26,536 bases of DNA from NCBI GenBank assembly GCA_014729455.1, contig WJJW01000284.1, forward strand, positions 1 to 26,536. The letters run 5' to 3'. The position numbers were made by a program, and so were the translations under genes. Under the pieces are notes generated by a model. The model was not told where the DNA came from and ran no database searches. It saw only the letters and a list, made by a program, of their open reading frames with translations. Origin of the DNA: Candidatus Eiseniibacteriota bacterium (lineage in GTDB: Bacteria; Eisenbacteria; RBG-16-71-46; CAIMUX01; VGJL01). Positions within the stretch are counted from its first letter, which is position 1. The number at the start of each line of letters is the position of its first letter. Below, piece after piece: positions 9,271-17,594 of this stretch.

Positions 9271-10482
9271 CTAACGGTAGGCCGTGGCCAGGTGCCGGAG
9301 AAGCTGCAGCTCCCGCTGCAGATCCTCGATCCGGCGTTCCAGCCGCCGTTCCCGGCCGCCGACCTGGCGCCTCTGGCCCTCCTTCCAGATCGCGTGGCCG
9401 CGGTCGCCGAGCCGGACCTCGAGGCTCCGGGACCTTCCGTTCCGTTCCAGCTCGATCCGGACGCTCCGGCCGGGCCCCGTCGCGGCGACCCGGGAGGTCA
9501 GCTCGTCCCAGCCGTCCAGTTCCTCGCCCGCGAACGCGGTCAGGCGATCCTCGGGCTGGATCCCCGCGAAGCCGGCCGGGCTCGCCTGGATCACCTCGGC
9601 GATGACCACCCCGCCGCCCGCGTCGGCGTCGGGATCGGGAAGACGCGCGCGCACACCGAGGAACCCCTCGCGACCGGCCAACCCGTCTCGGATCGAGTCG
9701 ACGCGGGCGGCGATCAGCGCCACCGGGACGACCCAGGCCGCATCGCCCGGGCGGGAGGCCCGCATGCAGTACTCCACCGGCCCTTTGCCGGACCGGGTGG
9801 CGAGCAGCAGGCTCTCCTGTCCTTCTCCGAGCAGGATGCCGATCCAGCGCCCCGCACCGTCGAGGGCCGCCGAACCCGCCATTCTCGGATCGAAGCTGGT
9901 GGCGAGGCGGGCTCTCCAGAACGGCTCGGTCGGGATCCGTCCGAGGATCCGGCTCACCGACAGGTGCGGCTCCCTTCGGTCTTCCTCGTAGCCGACGAGG
10001 AGCGTCCAGCTGCGGGGTGCGAGGGGATCCGGCGCGCCGCGGGGGATCGGCACGAGGTCGGCCGGATCACGCATCCGGATCACGCTCAACCCGATCTCCG
10101 GATCCTGCCCGAGATAGTCGGCCGGGTGCGGCTGTCCCGAACCGACCCGGACGTGCAGGCTGTCTCCCGGCTGGGCGAGATCGGCGACGGTGACGATCGT
10201 GCCATTCCGATCCCAAACGACTCCCGTGCCCTGGATCCGGAGCGCGGCGAGCGAATCGACCTTCCAGGGCGGGGGATCGTTCCAGTGAGCGCTCCACGGC
10301 CGGCGGACGTCGATCCGCACGATCCCCGGCTCGCTGGCGCGTAGGATCTCGTCGATCCGCTCGGTGAGGTCGTCCCCGACGGAGGGACGCGGAGCCAGAC
10401 CGACGAGTAGAAGACACAAGACCCCCGCCAGGAAAGGCCGGGGATGCCTAGAAGACGATGGTGACCCGGGAGTTCGGATCAC
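9271..10482 (-). CDS. Exported HtrA/DegS-like trypsin-fold plus PDZ protein with degenerate catalytic triad (pseudoprotease) and C-terminal coiled coil, 403 aa
   Basis: GTG at 10482 follows AGGAGG; hydrophobic signal FLAGVLCLLLVGLA. HtrA-like scaffold QGTGVVWDRNGTIVTVADL, GQDPEIGLSVIR, FDPRMAGSAALDGAGRWIGI; PDZ motifs GFLGV and SPAGFAGIQPED; tail ERRLERRIEDLQRELQLL. The ORF-track start at 11049 is rejected. Confidence 0.8.
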   Translation of the reverse strand: MIRTPGSPSSSRHPRPFLAGVLCLLLVGLAPRPSVGDDLTERIDEILRASEPGIVRIDVRRPWSAHWNDPPPWKVDSLAALRIQGTGVVWDRNGTIVTVADLAQPGDSLHVRVGSGQPHPADYLGQDPEIGLSVIRMRDPADLVPIPRGAPDPLAPRSWTLLVGYEEDRREPHLSVSRILGRIPTEPFWRARLATSFDPRMAGSAALDGAGRWIGILLGEGQESLLLATRSGKGPVEYCMRASRPGDAAWVVPVALIAARVDSIRDGLAGREGFLGVRARLPDPDADAGGGVVIAEVIQASPAGFAGIQPEDRLTAFAGEELDGWDELTSRVAATGPGRSVRIELERNGRSRSLEVRLGDRGHAIWKEGQRRQVGGRERRLERRIEDLQRELQLLRHLATAYR

Positions 10483-11128
10483 GAGGCCTCCTGTTCTGGT
10501 CGGCGGTCCCCACCTGGCGCCCGAGCGCGTCCTGGCTGTAGGCGGATCCCCAATCGAGATCCTCGGTGGGGGAAGGTTCCCCGTCGACGGGCTCCTCGGA
10601 CTCCAGCCTCTGGAGCATCTCGTCGACGAGATCCTCGAACTGGCCCGCTGCCGGCGCTTCGTCGGTCGCCGCAAGCGTCGCTTCCCCCCGAGCCGCTTCC
10701 GGCCGCGCCGTCTCGGGCGCCGGCGTCCGTTCCGCGACCGGAACCGGATCGGGCGTCCGCAGAGCGAGCATCGCTCCTCCCACTCCGATGGCGAGGCCGA
10801 GAACGAGCGCGGCTCCGGCGAGCCGAGGCGTCGCGATCCAGCCGGTCGGAAGAAGCGACCGGAATCGTTCGATCCAGCTCGGCTCCGGCGGACGGATCCC
10901 CTCGGCCTGATACCGGCGAACGGAGAGGAGCACGTCCTCGAGGAACCCTTCGGTCGGAGGGACTTCGGGAAGGTCGCGAACCCACTGGAGGTTCCGTTCC
11001 ACCTTCGCCAGCTCGGCGGAGCAGCGGCTGCAACGATCGAGATGATCATCCAAGCGACGCTCTTCTGCGAAGCTGAGTCTCCCGTCGAGACGGGAGGAGA
11101 AAAGGTCGCGTGCGCTCTTACAGTTCAT
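10448..11128 (-). CDS. Zinc-binding (zf-HC2/ZAS) transmembrane anti-sigma factor
   Basis: MNCKSARDLFSSRLDG..HLDRCSRC (HxxxCxxC), one TM segment LAGAALVLGLAIGVGGAMLAL, acidic extracytoplasmic tail; start overlaps the sigma gene stop. Confidence 0.9.
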   Translation of the reverse strand: MNCKSARDLFSSRLDGRLSFAEERRLDDHLDRCSRCSAELAKVERNLQWVRDLPEVPPTEGFLEDVLLSVRRYQAEGIRPPEPSWIERFRSLLPTGWIATPRLAGAALVLGLAIGVGGAMLALRTPDPVPVAERTPAPETARPEAARGEATLAATDEAPAAGQFEDLVDEMLQRLESEEPVDGEPSPTEDLDWGSAYSQDALGRQVGTADQNRRPRDPNSRVTIVF

Positions 11129-11747
11129 CGGCGGTCCCCTCTATTGCTGGATCGAGAATTTCTTTCAGGGCCAGGCGAGCCCGGTTGATGCGTGACCGAA
11201 CCGTTCCTCCGGGGATCTTGAGCACGTCCCCGATCTCCTCGTAGGAGAGCTGCTGGATGTCGCGGAGCACGATCACTTCCCGGAACTTGGGCGGAAGCTG
11301 GTCGATCGCCTTCGTGACCTTCTCCTCGACGTCGCGTCGGCGGTAGAGCCGCTCCGGACCCGGTTTGGCATCCGCGATGAACCCTCCCGAATCCCCGGTC
11401 GCTTCCAGGAGTTTGTCGAGGGAGACCATCCCCCGTGCGCGGACCCGGCGCCGGATCTCGTTCTTCGCGAGGTTCATCGCGATCGTGTAGAGCCATGTGC
11501 TGAACTTCCCGCTCGGTCGGTACCGCTCCCGGTGGATGAACACCCGCAGGAACGTCTCCTGCGCGATTTCCTGGGCGCGGTCCCGATCGCTGATCAGGCG
11601 GGACACCACGTTGATGACCCGACCCTGGTAACGCGATACCAATGCGGAGAACGCCTCCTCGGCGCCGCGGACGATCTCCTCCATCAGCTCCTCGTCGGAG
11701 AGCGAAGCGTAGTCTCGGGCGGACGAGCGGTCGTCCCGACCAACCAT
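11118..11747 (-). CDS. ECF sigma-70 family sigma factor (RpoE/SigW-like)
   Basis: SDEELM..AFSALVSRY, AQEIAQETFLRVF, KFSTWLYTIAMNLAKNEIRRR, LRDIQQLSYEEIGDVL.IPGGTVRSRINRAR; GAGGAG SD. Confidence 0.95.
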   Translation of the reverse strand: MVGRDDRSSARDYASLSDEELMEEIVRGAEEAFSALVSRYQGRVINVVSRLISDRDRAQEIAQETFLRVFIHRERYRPSGKFSTWLYTIAMNLAKNEIRRRVRARGMVSLDKLLEATGDSGGFIADAKPGPERLYRRRDVEEKVTKAIDQLPPKFREVIVLRDIQQLSYEEIGDVLKIPGGTVRSRINRARLALKEILDPAIEGTADEL

Positions 11748-11768
11748 GCGTTCTCCTCTATCGGGGGC

Positions 11769-11797
11769 TTGTACCCCGCGTCCTCATCGAGGGTTCC
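11769..11797 (-). promoter_or_regulatory. Candidate ECF-type autoregulatory promoter upstream of the sigma gene
   Basis: Minus strand GGAAC (11797-11793), 18 nt, GTACAA (11774-11769), upstream of the sigma SD. Resembles the generic ECF GGAAC...GT consensus, but the spacer is about one base long. Confidence 0.25.
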
Positions 11798-13472
11798 CGG
11801 AGTCGGCGGGGCTCTTCCCCTCCCAGAGCTGCAGCAGCTCCCGGGTCTCCCGGTCCGCGGGAGCGGTACGGAGCCGATTCCGCAGCAGCCGGACCCCGGC
11901 CTCGACCTTCCCCGCCGATCGGTACGCCCGGGCCAGATGCATGAGGATCTCCGGCTCGTCCGGGTCAAGATCGCGCGCCCGTTCGAGTTGCGTCACCGCC
12001 TCTTCGTGCCGGCCGAGCTGGTAGAGGACCCACCCGTAGCTGTCCACATAGGCGGCCGTCTCCGGTTCCAGCTCCGCCGCCCGGCGGGTCCACTCCAGGG
12101 CCTCCTCCAGCGCCACGCCGTTCGTCGCGCACATGTAACCAGCGTAGTTCAGGGCCATTGCGTCATCCGGATGCGCCTCGATCAGGCGGCGCAGCCAGAC
12201 CAGCGCGGCCTCGGTCCGTCCTTGACGGTCCTCGAGGACGGCCAGGCGGAAGAGGATCTCCCGATCCGTCTCGTTCCCTTCCAGGATCTTCTCGAGCTGC
12301 GTCCGGGCGCCGTCGCCGTCCCCCTGCTCGTCGAGGAGGATCGCGGCGAGCAGGCGGGCCTGCCGGTTCTCGGGATCCAGCCGGTGGACCGTCTTCAATG
12401 CGGCCAAGGACTCCTCCGTCCTCCCGAGCCGTGCCAGCGAGCGGGCGTAGTACCAAACAGCCTTCGGGCTCTCCGGCTCCGCCGCTGCCATCTCCTCGGC
12501 CACGCGGAGGGCGGCCTCCACGCTGTCCGCGCGGCTCAGGGCCCTCCAGAGCCAGTCGCCCGAGTCCTGCAGGTCGGGATCGAGGCGGCGCGCTCGACGG
12601 AAGAGAGCGATCGCTTCGCGCAACCGCTCCTGGCCGAACCGGACCACCCCGAGCTGCATCGGCACCCGCGGATCGCTCGGATCGTCGATCATCAGCCGCT
12701 CGAGATCCGGGATCGCCTCCTCCTGGCGGTTGAGCAGGATCAGGATCCGCGTGAGTTCGCGCCGCAGGTCGGTCCGGTGCGGCACCGCCTCCAGCGCCCG
12801 CCGGCAAGCCGATGCGGTCACGCGGGAGGGACCGAGCCTCCAGCAGAGGGCCAGCAGGTGATCCGCCGCACCCGGGTAGCCGGGAGCCTGCACCAGCGCC
12901 GCCAGATAGTCCTCCAGCGCTTCCTGGGGACGGCCCAGCCGGGTCCGGAGCGTTCCCCGCCGCATCAGCAGGTACGGGCTCTCCGGCTCGATCCCGCCCT
13001 CGCTCGGCTCCACCAGCCGGCACGCCTCTTCGAGCTTTCCGATCGACTCCAGCGCGAGCAGGAGGTTCACCCGATGGCTCCGTTCCTCCGGGGCGAGCTC
13101 CATCGCGCGGCGCAACGGCTCCAGCGCTTCGGAGGACCGGGAAAGCTGCAGCAGGGCCTGCCCGAGGACCGCATGGCTCTCCGCCTCTTCGGGAGCGAGA
13201 CGGATCGCTTCGCGGGCGGGCTCGAGCGCCTCCTTCGGACGGCGCGCCTCGAGCAGCACGCGGGCCAGCTCCCGCGAAACGTCCGGAGCGTCGGGATCGA
13301 GCGTTCGGGCGGCTCTCAGCTCCTGGGCGGCCTCCTCCAGACGTCCCTCCTCCGCGAGCTGGATCCCTCGGAGGAAGCGATCCCAGGCTTCCGGCCCCTC
13401 TCCCTCGGCCGGAGCGCCCGACAGGAGCAGGGGGACCCCGACGGCGAACAGAACGGTGAACAACCTCTTCAC
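11784..13472 (-). CDS. Exported multi-TPR protein, 562 aa
   Basis: GTG after AAGGAG; signal peptide MKRLFTVLFAVGVPLLLSGAPA; many TPR-like helical repeats with ...LDP/LAP/LEP turns. C-terminal block ALNYAGY..EEALEWTRRAAELEP..AAYVDSYGWVLYQLG is typical of a widespread envelope TPR family (Pseudomonas LbcA-like, from memory). Confidence 0.9.
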   Translation of the reverse strand: MKRLFTVLFAVGVPLLLSGAPAEGEGPEAWDRFLRGIQLAEEGRLEEAAQELRAARTLDPDAPDVSRELARVLLEARRPKEALEPAREAIRLAPEEAESHAVLGQALLQLSRSSEALEPLRRAMELAPEERSHRVNLLLALESIGKLEEACRLVEPSEGGIEPESPYLLMRRGTLRTRLGRPQEALEDYLAALVQAPGYPGAADHLLALCWRLGPSRVTASACRRALEAVPHRTDLRRELTRILILLNRQEEAIPDLERLMIDDPSDPRVPMQLGVVRFGQERLREAIALFRRARRLDPDLQDSGDWLWRALSRADSVEAALRVAEEMAAAEPESPKAVWYYARSLARLGRTEESLAALKTVHRLDPENRQARLLAAILLDEQGDGDGARTQLEKILEGNETDREILFRLAVLEDRQGRTEAALVWLRRLIEAHPDDAMALNYAGYMCATNGVALEEALEWTRRAAELEPETAAYVDSYGWVLYQLGRHEEAVTQLERARDLDPDEPEILMHLARAYRSAGKVEAGVRLLRNRLRTAPADRETRELLQLWEGKSPADSGNPR

Positions 13473-13503
13473 ATCGATCTCCTTGCGGCGGAACGTACGC
13501 GCG

Positions 13504-13512
13504 ATCCTAGCA
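13504..13512 (-). promoter_or_regulatory. Putative extended -10 promoter for the TPR-sigma-anti-sigma-PDZ unit
   Basis: Minus strand TGc-TAGGAT about 30 nt upstream of the TPR start; no convincing -35. Confidence 0.3.
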
Positions 13513-13532
13513 CAGCGGCCGCGGGAGCCTTT

Positions 13533-13562
13533 TTGACAGGGTGATGAACCGGCTCCTATACT
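13533..13562 (+). promoter_or_regulatory. Near-consensus sigma70 promoter for the lipoprotein-FadL operon
   Basis: TTGACA (13533-13538), 18 nt, TATACT (13557-13562), followed by SD AAAGGAG at 13584-13590. Confidence 0.7.
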
Positions 13563-13600
13563 CCGGTGTAGACCCGTTCGGGGAAAGGAGCAAGCCGCTC

Positions 13601-14074
13601 ATGCATCGAATTCGTCCCATCCTGCTCGTGTTCGTCCTCGCCGCACTCGCCGGGGGGGGCTGCTATACCATGCTCCGGCACCCCGCGACCCACGACATGG
13701 TCGACGTCCACGGGACGCAGCGTCCCTGCGCCGACTGCCACGTGGACGAGGACCTGTACGGGTACACCGAGGCGTACGGATCCTCCTGGTATTCCTATTA
13801 TCCGGCTCCGTGGGCCTCGTATTACGGGAACCCCTGGTGGTACGACGACTACTGGTACTACCGGCCCGGCGACGACGCGCCGGTCCTCCCCCCGGCCCGG
13901 GAGGGGCGCAACGTCTGGAGCCGCAGCGGCGGCGGCCCGGGTTTCATCCCGTATCAGGGCAACCCGAGCCCCGATTCGCCTCCGTCGGGGAAGGAGGAGA
14001 GATCCCGCTCCGACGACGAGGACGAGAAGCCGGAAAAGAAGAAAGAGAAGAAGAGGAACCTCTGGGGTCGATGA
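13601..14074 (+). CDS. Small lipoprotein with a single CxxCH motif, Tyr/Trp-rich tract and charged disordered tail, 157 aa; function unknown
   Basis: ATG at 13601 follows AAAGGAG (the ORF-track start at 13541 lies inside the promoter). Lipoprotein signal MHRIRPILLVFVLAALAGGG-C, CADCH at residues 43-47, then YGYTEAYGSSWYSYYPAPWASYYGNPWWYDDYWYY. Confidence 0.85.
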   Translation: MHRIRPILLVFVLAALAGGGCYTMLRHPATHDMVDVHGTQRPCADCHVDEDLYGYTEAYGSSWYSYYPAPWASYYGNPWWYDDYWYYRPGDDAPVLPPAREGRNVWSRSGGGPGFIPYQGNPSPDSPPSGKEERSRSDDEDEKPEKKKEKKRNLWGR

Positions 14075-14117
14075 GACCGGGCGGGCCGCGCCCCCCGAGC
14101 GATCGAAGGAGGCGACG

Positions 14118-15428
14118 GTGTTGAAACGACGGACGAGGGGCCGGTCCCCGTGGAGGGGGCCGGGTTTCTGTTTGCTGATGGTGATGCTCCTGGCTGGGCT
14201 CGCCCCGGACGCAGCGCGCGCCCAGGGAGAGACGCAGAACCTCCCCGAGATCCCCCTGACCCACCGGACACCGGTCGCCGCGCGCTACGCCGGGATGGGC
14301 GGCGCGTCGCTGACCATCGCGGACGATCATTCCGCCTGTCTGGCCAACCCCGCGACGCTCGGCCTGGTGCGTGGGATCGAGCTCGCCGCCGGATTCTCGC
14401 ACCAGGATGCGGACCGGGAGGTCCGGTACCTGGGCAGCCCCACCCGAGCGGAGTACGGCAAGACCCGCTTCGCCGATCTCGGCTTCGCCTACCCGTTCCC
14501 GACGTACCGGGGGCGGTTCGTCATCGGCTTCCAGTACGGCAGAATCAGCAGCCTCGATTCGGACTTCTACCAGCGGAGCCCCGCGTCGAGCGATCAGCCG
14601 TTCGAGGAGGAAGGGATCTACGAGACGGGGGGGCTCGGCGCCTACGCCGTGTCCGCGGCTCTCCAGGTCAGCCCGAACGTGACCCTCGGCGCCTCCGGGA
14701 TCATCCTGAGCGGCGACAGCTTCCGGGAACGGACCTACCGCTATGACGCGTCGGGCGGGGGGTTCTCCGACCTCTACGAGACGACCGATGTCGACATCAG
14801 CGGCCTGACGGGATCGGTCGGCGCCCTGGTCGAGCTCGACCCCGCGATCCGCTTCGGCCTCCTCATCCGGTTCCCCGAATCGCTCGACTTCGACGGGATC
14901 CTCTACGAGGAGATCGACGGCGAGGACTCGGCGGAGTTCAGCATCACCGATGAGATCGACCTGCCGTTCCGACTGGGCGCCGGACTGGCGCTGGCTCGCC
15001 AGAACCTGATCGTCTCCGCCGACGCCCTCTTCACCGACTGGACGCAGGTCCGCTTCGCCGGTCCCGTCCGAACCGTCGACCGGGAGAACGCCTACCGGGA
15101 GACCGTCGACCTCCACTTCGGGGCCGAGTACCTCATCCCGTTCTCGACTCCGGTGCGGATCCGCGCGGGGTACGCGCTGCAGCCGCTCGCCTACCGCCTG
15201 CTGCTGACCGACGTCCAGGCACGTCGCTACGAGGAGGCCCGGTTCGACCGGGACCGCTACGCGTATACCTTCGGCCTCGGCGCTCTGCTCGGCGAATCGC
15301 TGACCCTGGATCTCGCCTATCAGCACGGTGGATACGAGAGAAGCGCTTCCCATCCGACCGGGCTGCGGTACCGGGAGGAGGTCACCGATCGACGCGTTCT
15401 GGCGACGCTCACGCTACGCGTGAACTGA
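14118..15428 (+). CDS. FadL/OmpP1/PorV-superfamily outer-membrane beta-barrel
   Basis: AAGGAGG SD, signal peptide ending AARA, N-terminal hatch motif AARYAGMGGASLTIADDHSACLANPATL, alternating beta-strands, RIRAGY, YTFGLG..LDLAY. Start could be GTG 14118 or TTG 14121. Confidence 0.85.
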   Translation: MLKRRTRGRSPWRGPGFCLLMVMLLAGLAPDAARAQGETQNLPEIPLTHRTPVAARYAGMGGASLTIADDHSACLANPATLGLVRGIELAAGFSHQDADREVRYLGSPTRAEYGKTRFADLGFAYPFPTYRGRFVIGFQYGRISSLDSDFYQRSPASSDQPFEEEGIYETGGLGAYAVSAALQVSPNVTLGASGIILSGDSFRERTYRYDASGGGFSDLYETTDVDISGLTGSVGALVELDPAIRFGLLIRFPESLDFDGILYEEIDGEDSAEFSITDEIDLPFRLGAGLALARQNLIVSADALFTDWTQVRFAGPVRTVDRENAYRETVDLHFGAEYLIPFSTPVRIRAGYALQPLAYRLLLTDVQARRYEEARFDRDRYAYTFGLGALLGESLTLDLAYQHGGYERSASHPTGLRYREEVTDRRVLATLTLRVN

Positions 15429-15443
15429 TCGGTCTCGATCCCG

Positions 15444-16277
15444 TCAGGAGCCGGCGTCCTCTTCCGGCGGCGGGGCCGGCTGCGGATCGGGATTTCGATT
15501 GAGGATCGGGTCGGTTCGGTCTTCGAGGCGCAGCCGCTCCAGGGCGTCCCCCGCCGCGTTCTGCTCCGCCTCCTTCTTGTTCCGGCCCTGCCCCTTGCCG
15601 AGCAGCGACCCGCGGACCGACACGTCGACCGTGAACAGCTTCATGTGATCCGGACCGATCTCGCTCACCACCCGATAGCGGGGGTGGGTCTTGTGCTTCG
15701 CCTGGACATACTCCTGCAGGAGGCTCTTGAAGTTGAGGTGGGCCCGATCCTCCAGGATCGTCGTCGCGGTCGCGAGCAGGTGCGTCTCGACGAAGCGCCG
15801 CGCCCTGCGGATCCCGCGATCGAGGTAGATCGCGCCGACGACGGCCTCGAAGGAGTCTGCGAGGATGGACGCCCGCTCCGCTCCGCCGGAGTCGCGCTCG
15901 CTGTCGCTGAGGAGGACGAACTCGCCGAGCCCCATCTGCTCGGCACGCGTTGCGAGCACTCCCTTGCTGACCAGGAGGGATTTCTTCTTCGTCAGCTCCC
16001 CTTCGCGATCGAGCGGAAAGCTGCGGTAGAGGTGCTCGATGACGATCAGCTCCAGAACCGAATCGCCCAGGAACTCGAGGCGTTCGTTCGAGCGGTTCGG
16101 ATCGCCCCCGTTGCTCCCGAGGAACGAGCGGTGGGTCAACGCCTGTTCCAGGATCCCCCGGTCGCCGAAACGGATCCCCGTCCGGCGTTCGAAGGCGGAG
16201 AGCGCATCCCGGATCGCCTGCTGCTTGACCTGCTTTTCTGAAGGCGGCTTCCGTCGCCAGATCCATGGAAACCGCAT
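15444..16277 (-). CDS. rnc: Ribonuclease III
   Basis: QALTHRSF, NERLEFLGDSVL, LADSFEAVVGAIYLDRG, dsRBD NFKSLLQEYVQ..GPDH..GQGRNKKEAEQNAA. Confidence 0.97.
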   Translation of the reverse strand: MRFPWIWRRKPPSEKQVKQQAIRDALSAFERRTGIRFGDRGILEQALTHRSFLGSNGGDPNRSNERLEFLGDSVLELIVIEHLYRSFPLDREGELTKKKSLLVSKGVLATRAEQMGLGEFVLLSDSERDSGGAERASILADSFEAVVGAIYLDRGIRRARRFVETHLLATATTILEDRAHLNFKSLLQEYVQAKHKTHPRYRVVSEIGPDHMKLFTVDVSVRGSLLGKGQGRNKKEAEQNAAGDALERLRLEDRTDPILNRNPDPQPAPPPEEDAGS

Positions 16278-16327
16278 CGCGCCTCTCCCGCCGATCGCGT
16301 GACCGCCCGCGGACGCCGCCAGCTACA

Positions 16328-17578
16328 TCAGCCGGTTCCGTCCTCGACCTTCCGAAGCGCGAGGCTCACGTTGTGGCCCCCGAAGCCGAGCGAATTGGTC
16401 AGGGCACCGTGGACGGGCCTTCGCTCCGCTTTGTTCGGAACGTAGTTGAGGTCGCAGTCGGGATCGGGATTCTCGTAGTTGATCGTCGGAGGGATGACTC
16501 CCTCTATCATGGTCAGGACCGTCGCGATCAGCTCGACGCCCCCCGCCGCGCCGAGCAGGTGCCCGGTCATCGACTTCGTGGAGCTCACCGCGAGTCGGTC
16601 CGCATGGTCCCCGAACACCGATCGGATCGCCACCGTCTCGTACTTGTCGTTCAGAGGGGTCGAGGTCCCATGCGCGTTGATGTAGTCGATCTCCTCCGGA
16701 TTCATTCCGGCGCCCGAGAGCGCGAGCTTCATGGCCCGAGCGGCTCCCTCGCCCGCCGGAGCCGGAGCGGTGATGTGGTGCGCGTCGGCCGTGGAGCCGT
16801 ATCCGACGATCTCCGCCAGCACCTTCGCGCCACGCGCCCGCGCGCTCTCGAGCTGCTCCAGGACGACGATCCCGGCCCCCTCGGCCATCACGAACCCGTC
16901 TCGCTCCTTGTCGAACGGACGGCTGGCCCTCCCCGGTTCGTCGTTCCGGCTCGAGAGCGCCCGCATGTTCGAGAATCCCGCCAGAGAGAGCGGCATGATC
17001 GGCGCCTCGCTCCCCCCCGCGAGAACGACGTCCAGATCCCCGTCCCGGATCAGACGGAACCCCTCTCCGATCGCGTGGGCGCCGGAGGAACAGGCCGAGA
17101 CCGTCGCGAAGTTGCTCCCTTTCGCCCCGTACTCGATCGAAAGCTGCCCGGAGGCCATGTCGACGATCATCATCGGGACGAAGAAGGGGCTCACACGCGC
17201 GGGCCCCTTCTTGAACAGGATCCGCTGCTGCTGCTCGAAGGTCGTGATTCCGCCGATGCCCGAGCCGACGATCACCCCGAACCGCTCCCCGTCGACCTCC
17301 TCGACGTTCAAACCGGAGCTGTGGACCGCCTCCCGACCGGCCACGATGGCGTACTGGACGAACGGATCGGTCCGCTTCGCCTCCTTCGGTTCCATGTGGT
17401 CGGTCGGCTGGAATCCCTTCAGCTCACCGGCGAACCGGACGTCCTGATCGGACGTGTCGAACCGGGTGATCGGCGCGATCCCCCCTCGTCCCTCGACGAG
17501 GGAGTTCCAAAAGCTCCCGACGGAGAGGCCGATCGGGGTCAGCGCCCCCATGCCGGTGACAACGACTCGATTGGGCAT
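16328..17578 (-). CDS. fabF: 3-oxoacyl-ACP synthase II
   Basis: [21 protein letters not shown] (catalytic Cys), [38 protein letters not shown]. Confidence 0.97.
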   Translation of the reverse strand: MPNRVVVTGMGALTPIGLSVGSFWNSLVEGRGGIAPITRFDTSDQDVRFAGELKGFQPTDHMEPKEAKRTDPFVQYAIVAGREAVHSSGLNVEEVDGERFGVIVGSGIGGITTFEQQQRILFKKGPARVSPFFVPMMIVDMASGQLSIEYGAKGSNFATVSACSSGAHAIGEGFRLIRDGDLDVVLAGGSEAPIMPLSLAGFSNMRALSSRNDEPGRASRPFDKERDGFVMAEGAGIVVLEQLESARARGAKVLAEIVGYGSTADAHHITAPAPAGEGAARAMKLALSGAGMNPEEIDYINAHGTSTPLNDKYETVAIRSVFGDHADRLAVSSTKSMTGHLLGAAGGVELIATVLTMIEGVIPPTINYENPDPDCDLNYVPNKAERRPVHGALTNSLGFGGHNVSLALRKVEDGTG

Positions 17579-17594
17579 GCTCGTACTCCAGGGT

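Noticed and set aside
10483-11049. Long upstream extension of the PDZ ORF across the anti-sigma gene (possible overlapping gene or programmed frameshift fusion)
   Set aside because: Low-complexity off-frame translation; the PDZ gene has its own AGGAGG, GTG and signal peptide at 10482; no slippery sequence noticed.
11784-13472. Repetitive character of the TPR gene as a possible DNA repeat array
   Set aside because: Repeats are at the degenerate protein level only; no direct DNA repeats with spacers.
11532-13544. 670-aa plus-strand ORF
   Set aside because: Antisense shadow of the TPR and sigma genes.
13944-15353. 469-aa minus-strand ORF
   Set aside because: Antisense shadow of the FadL-family barrel.
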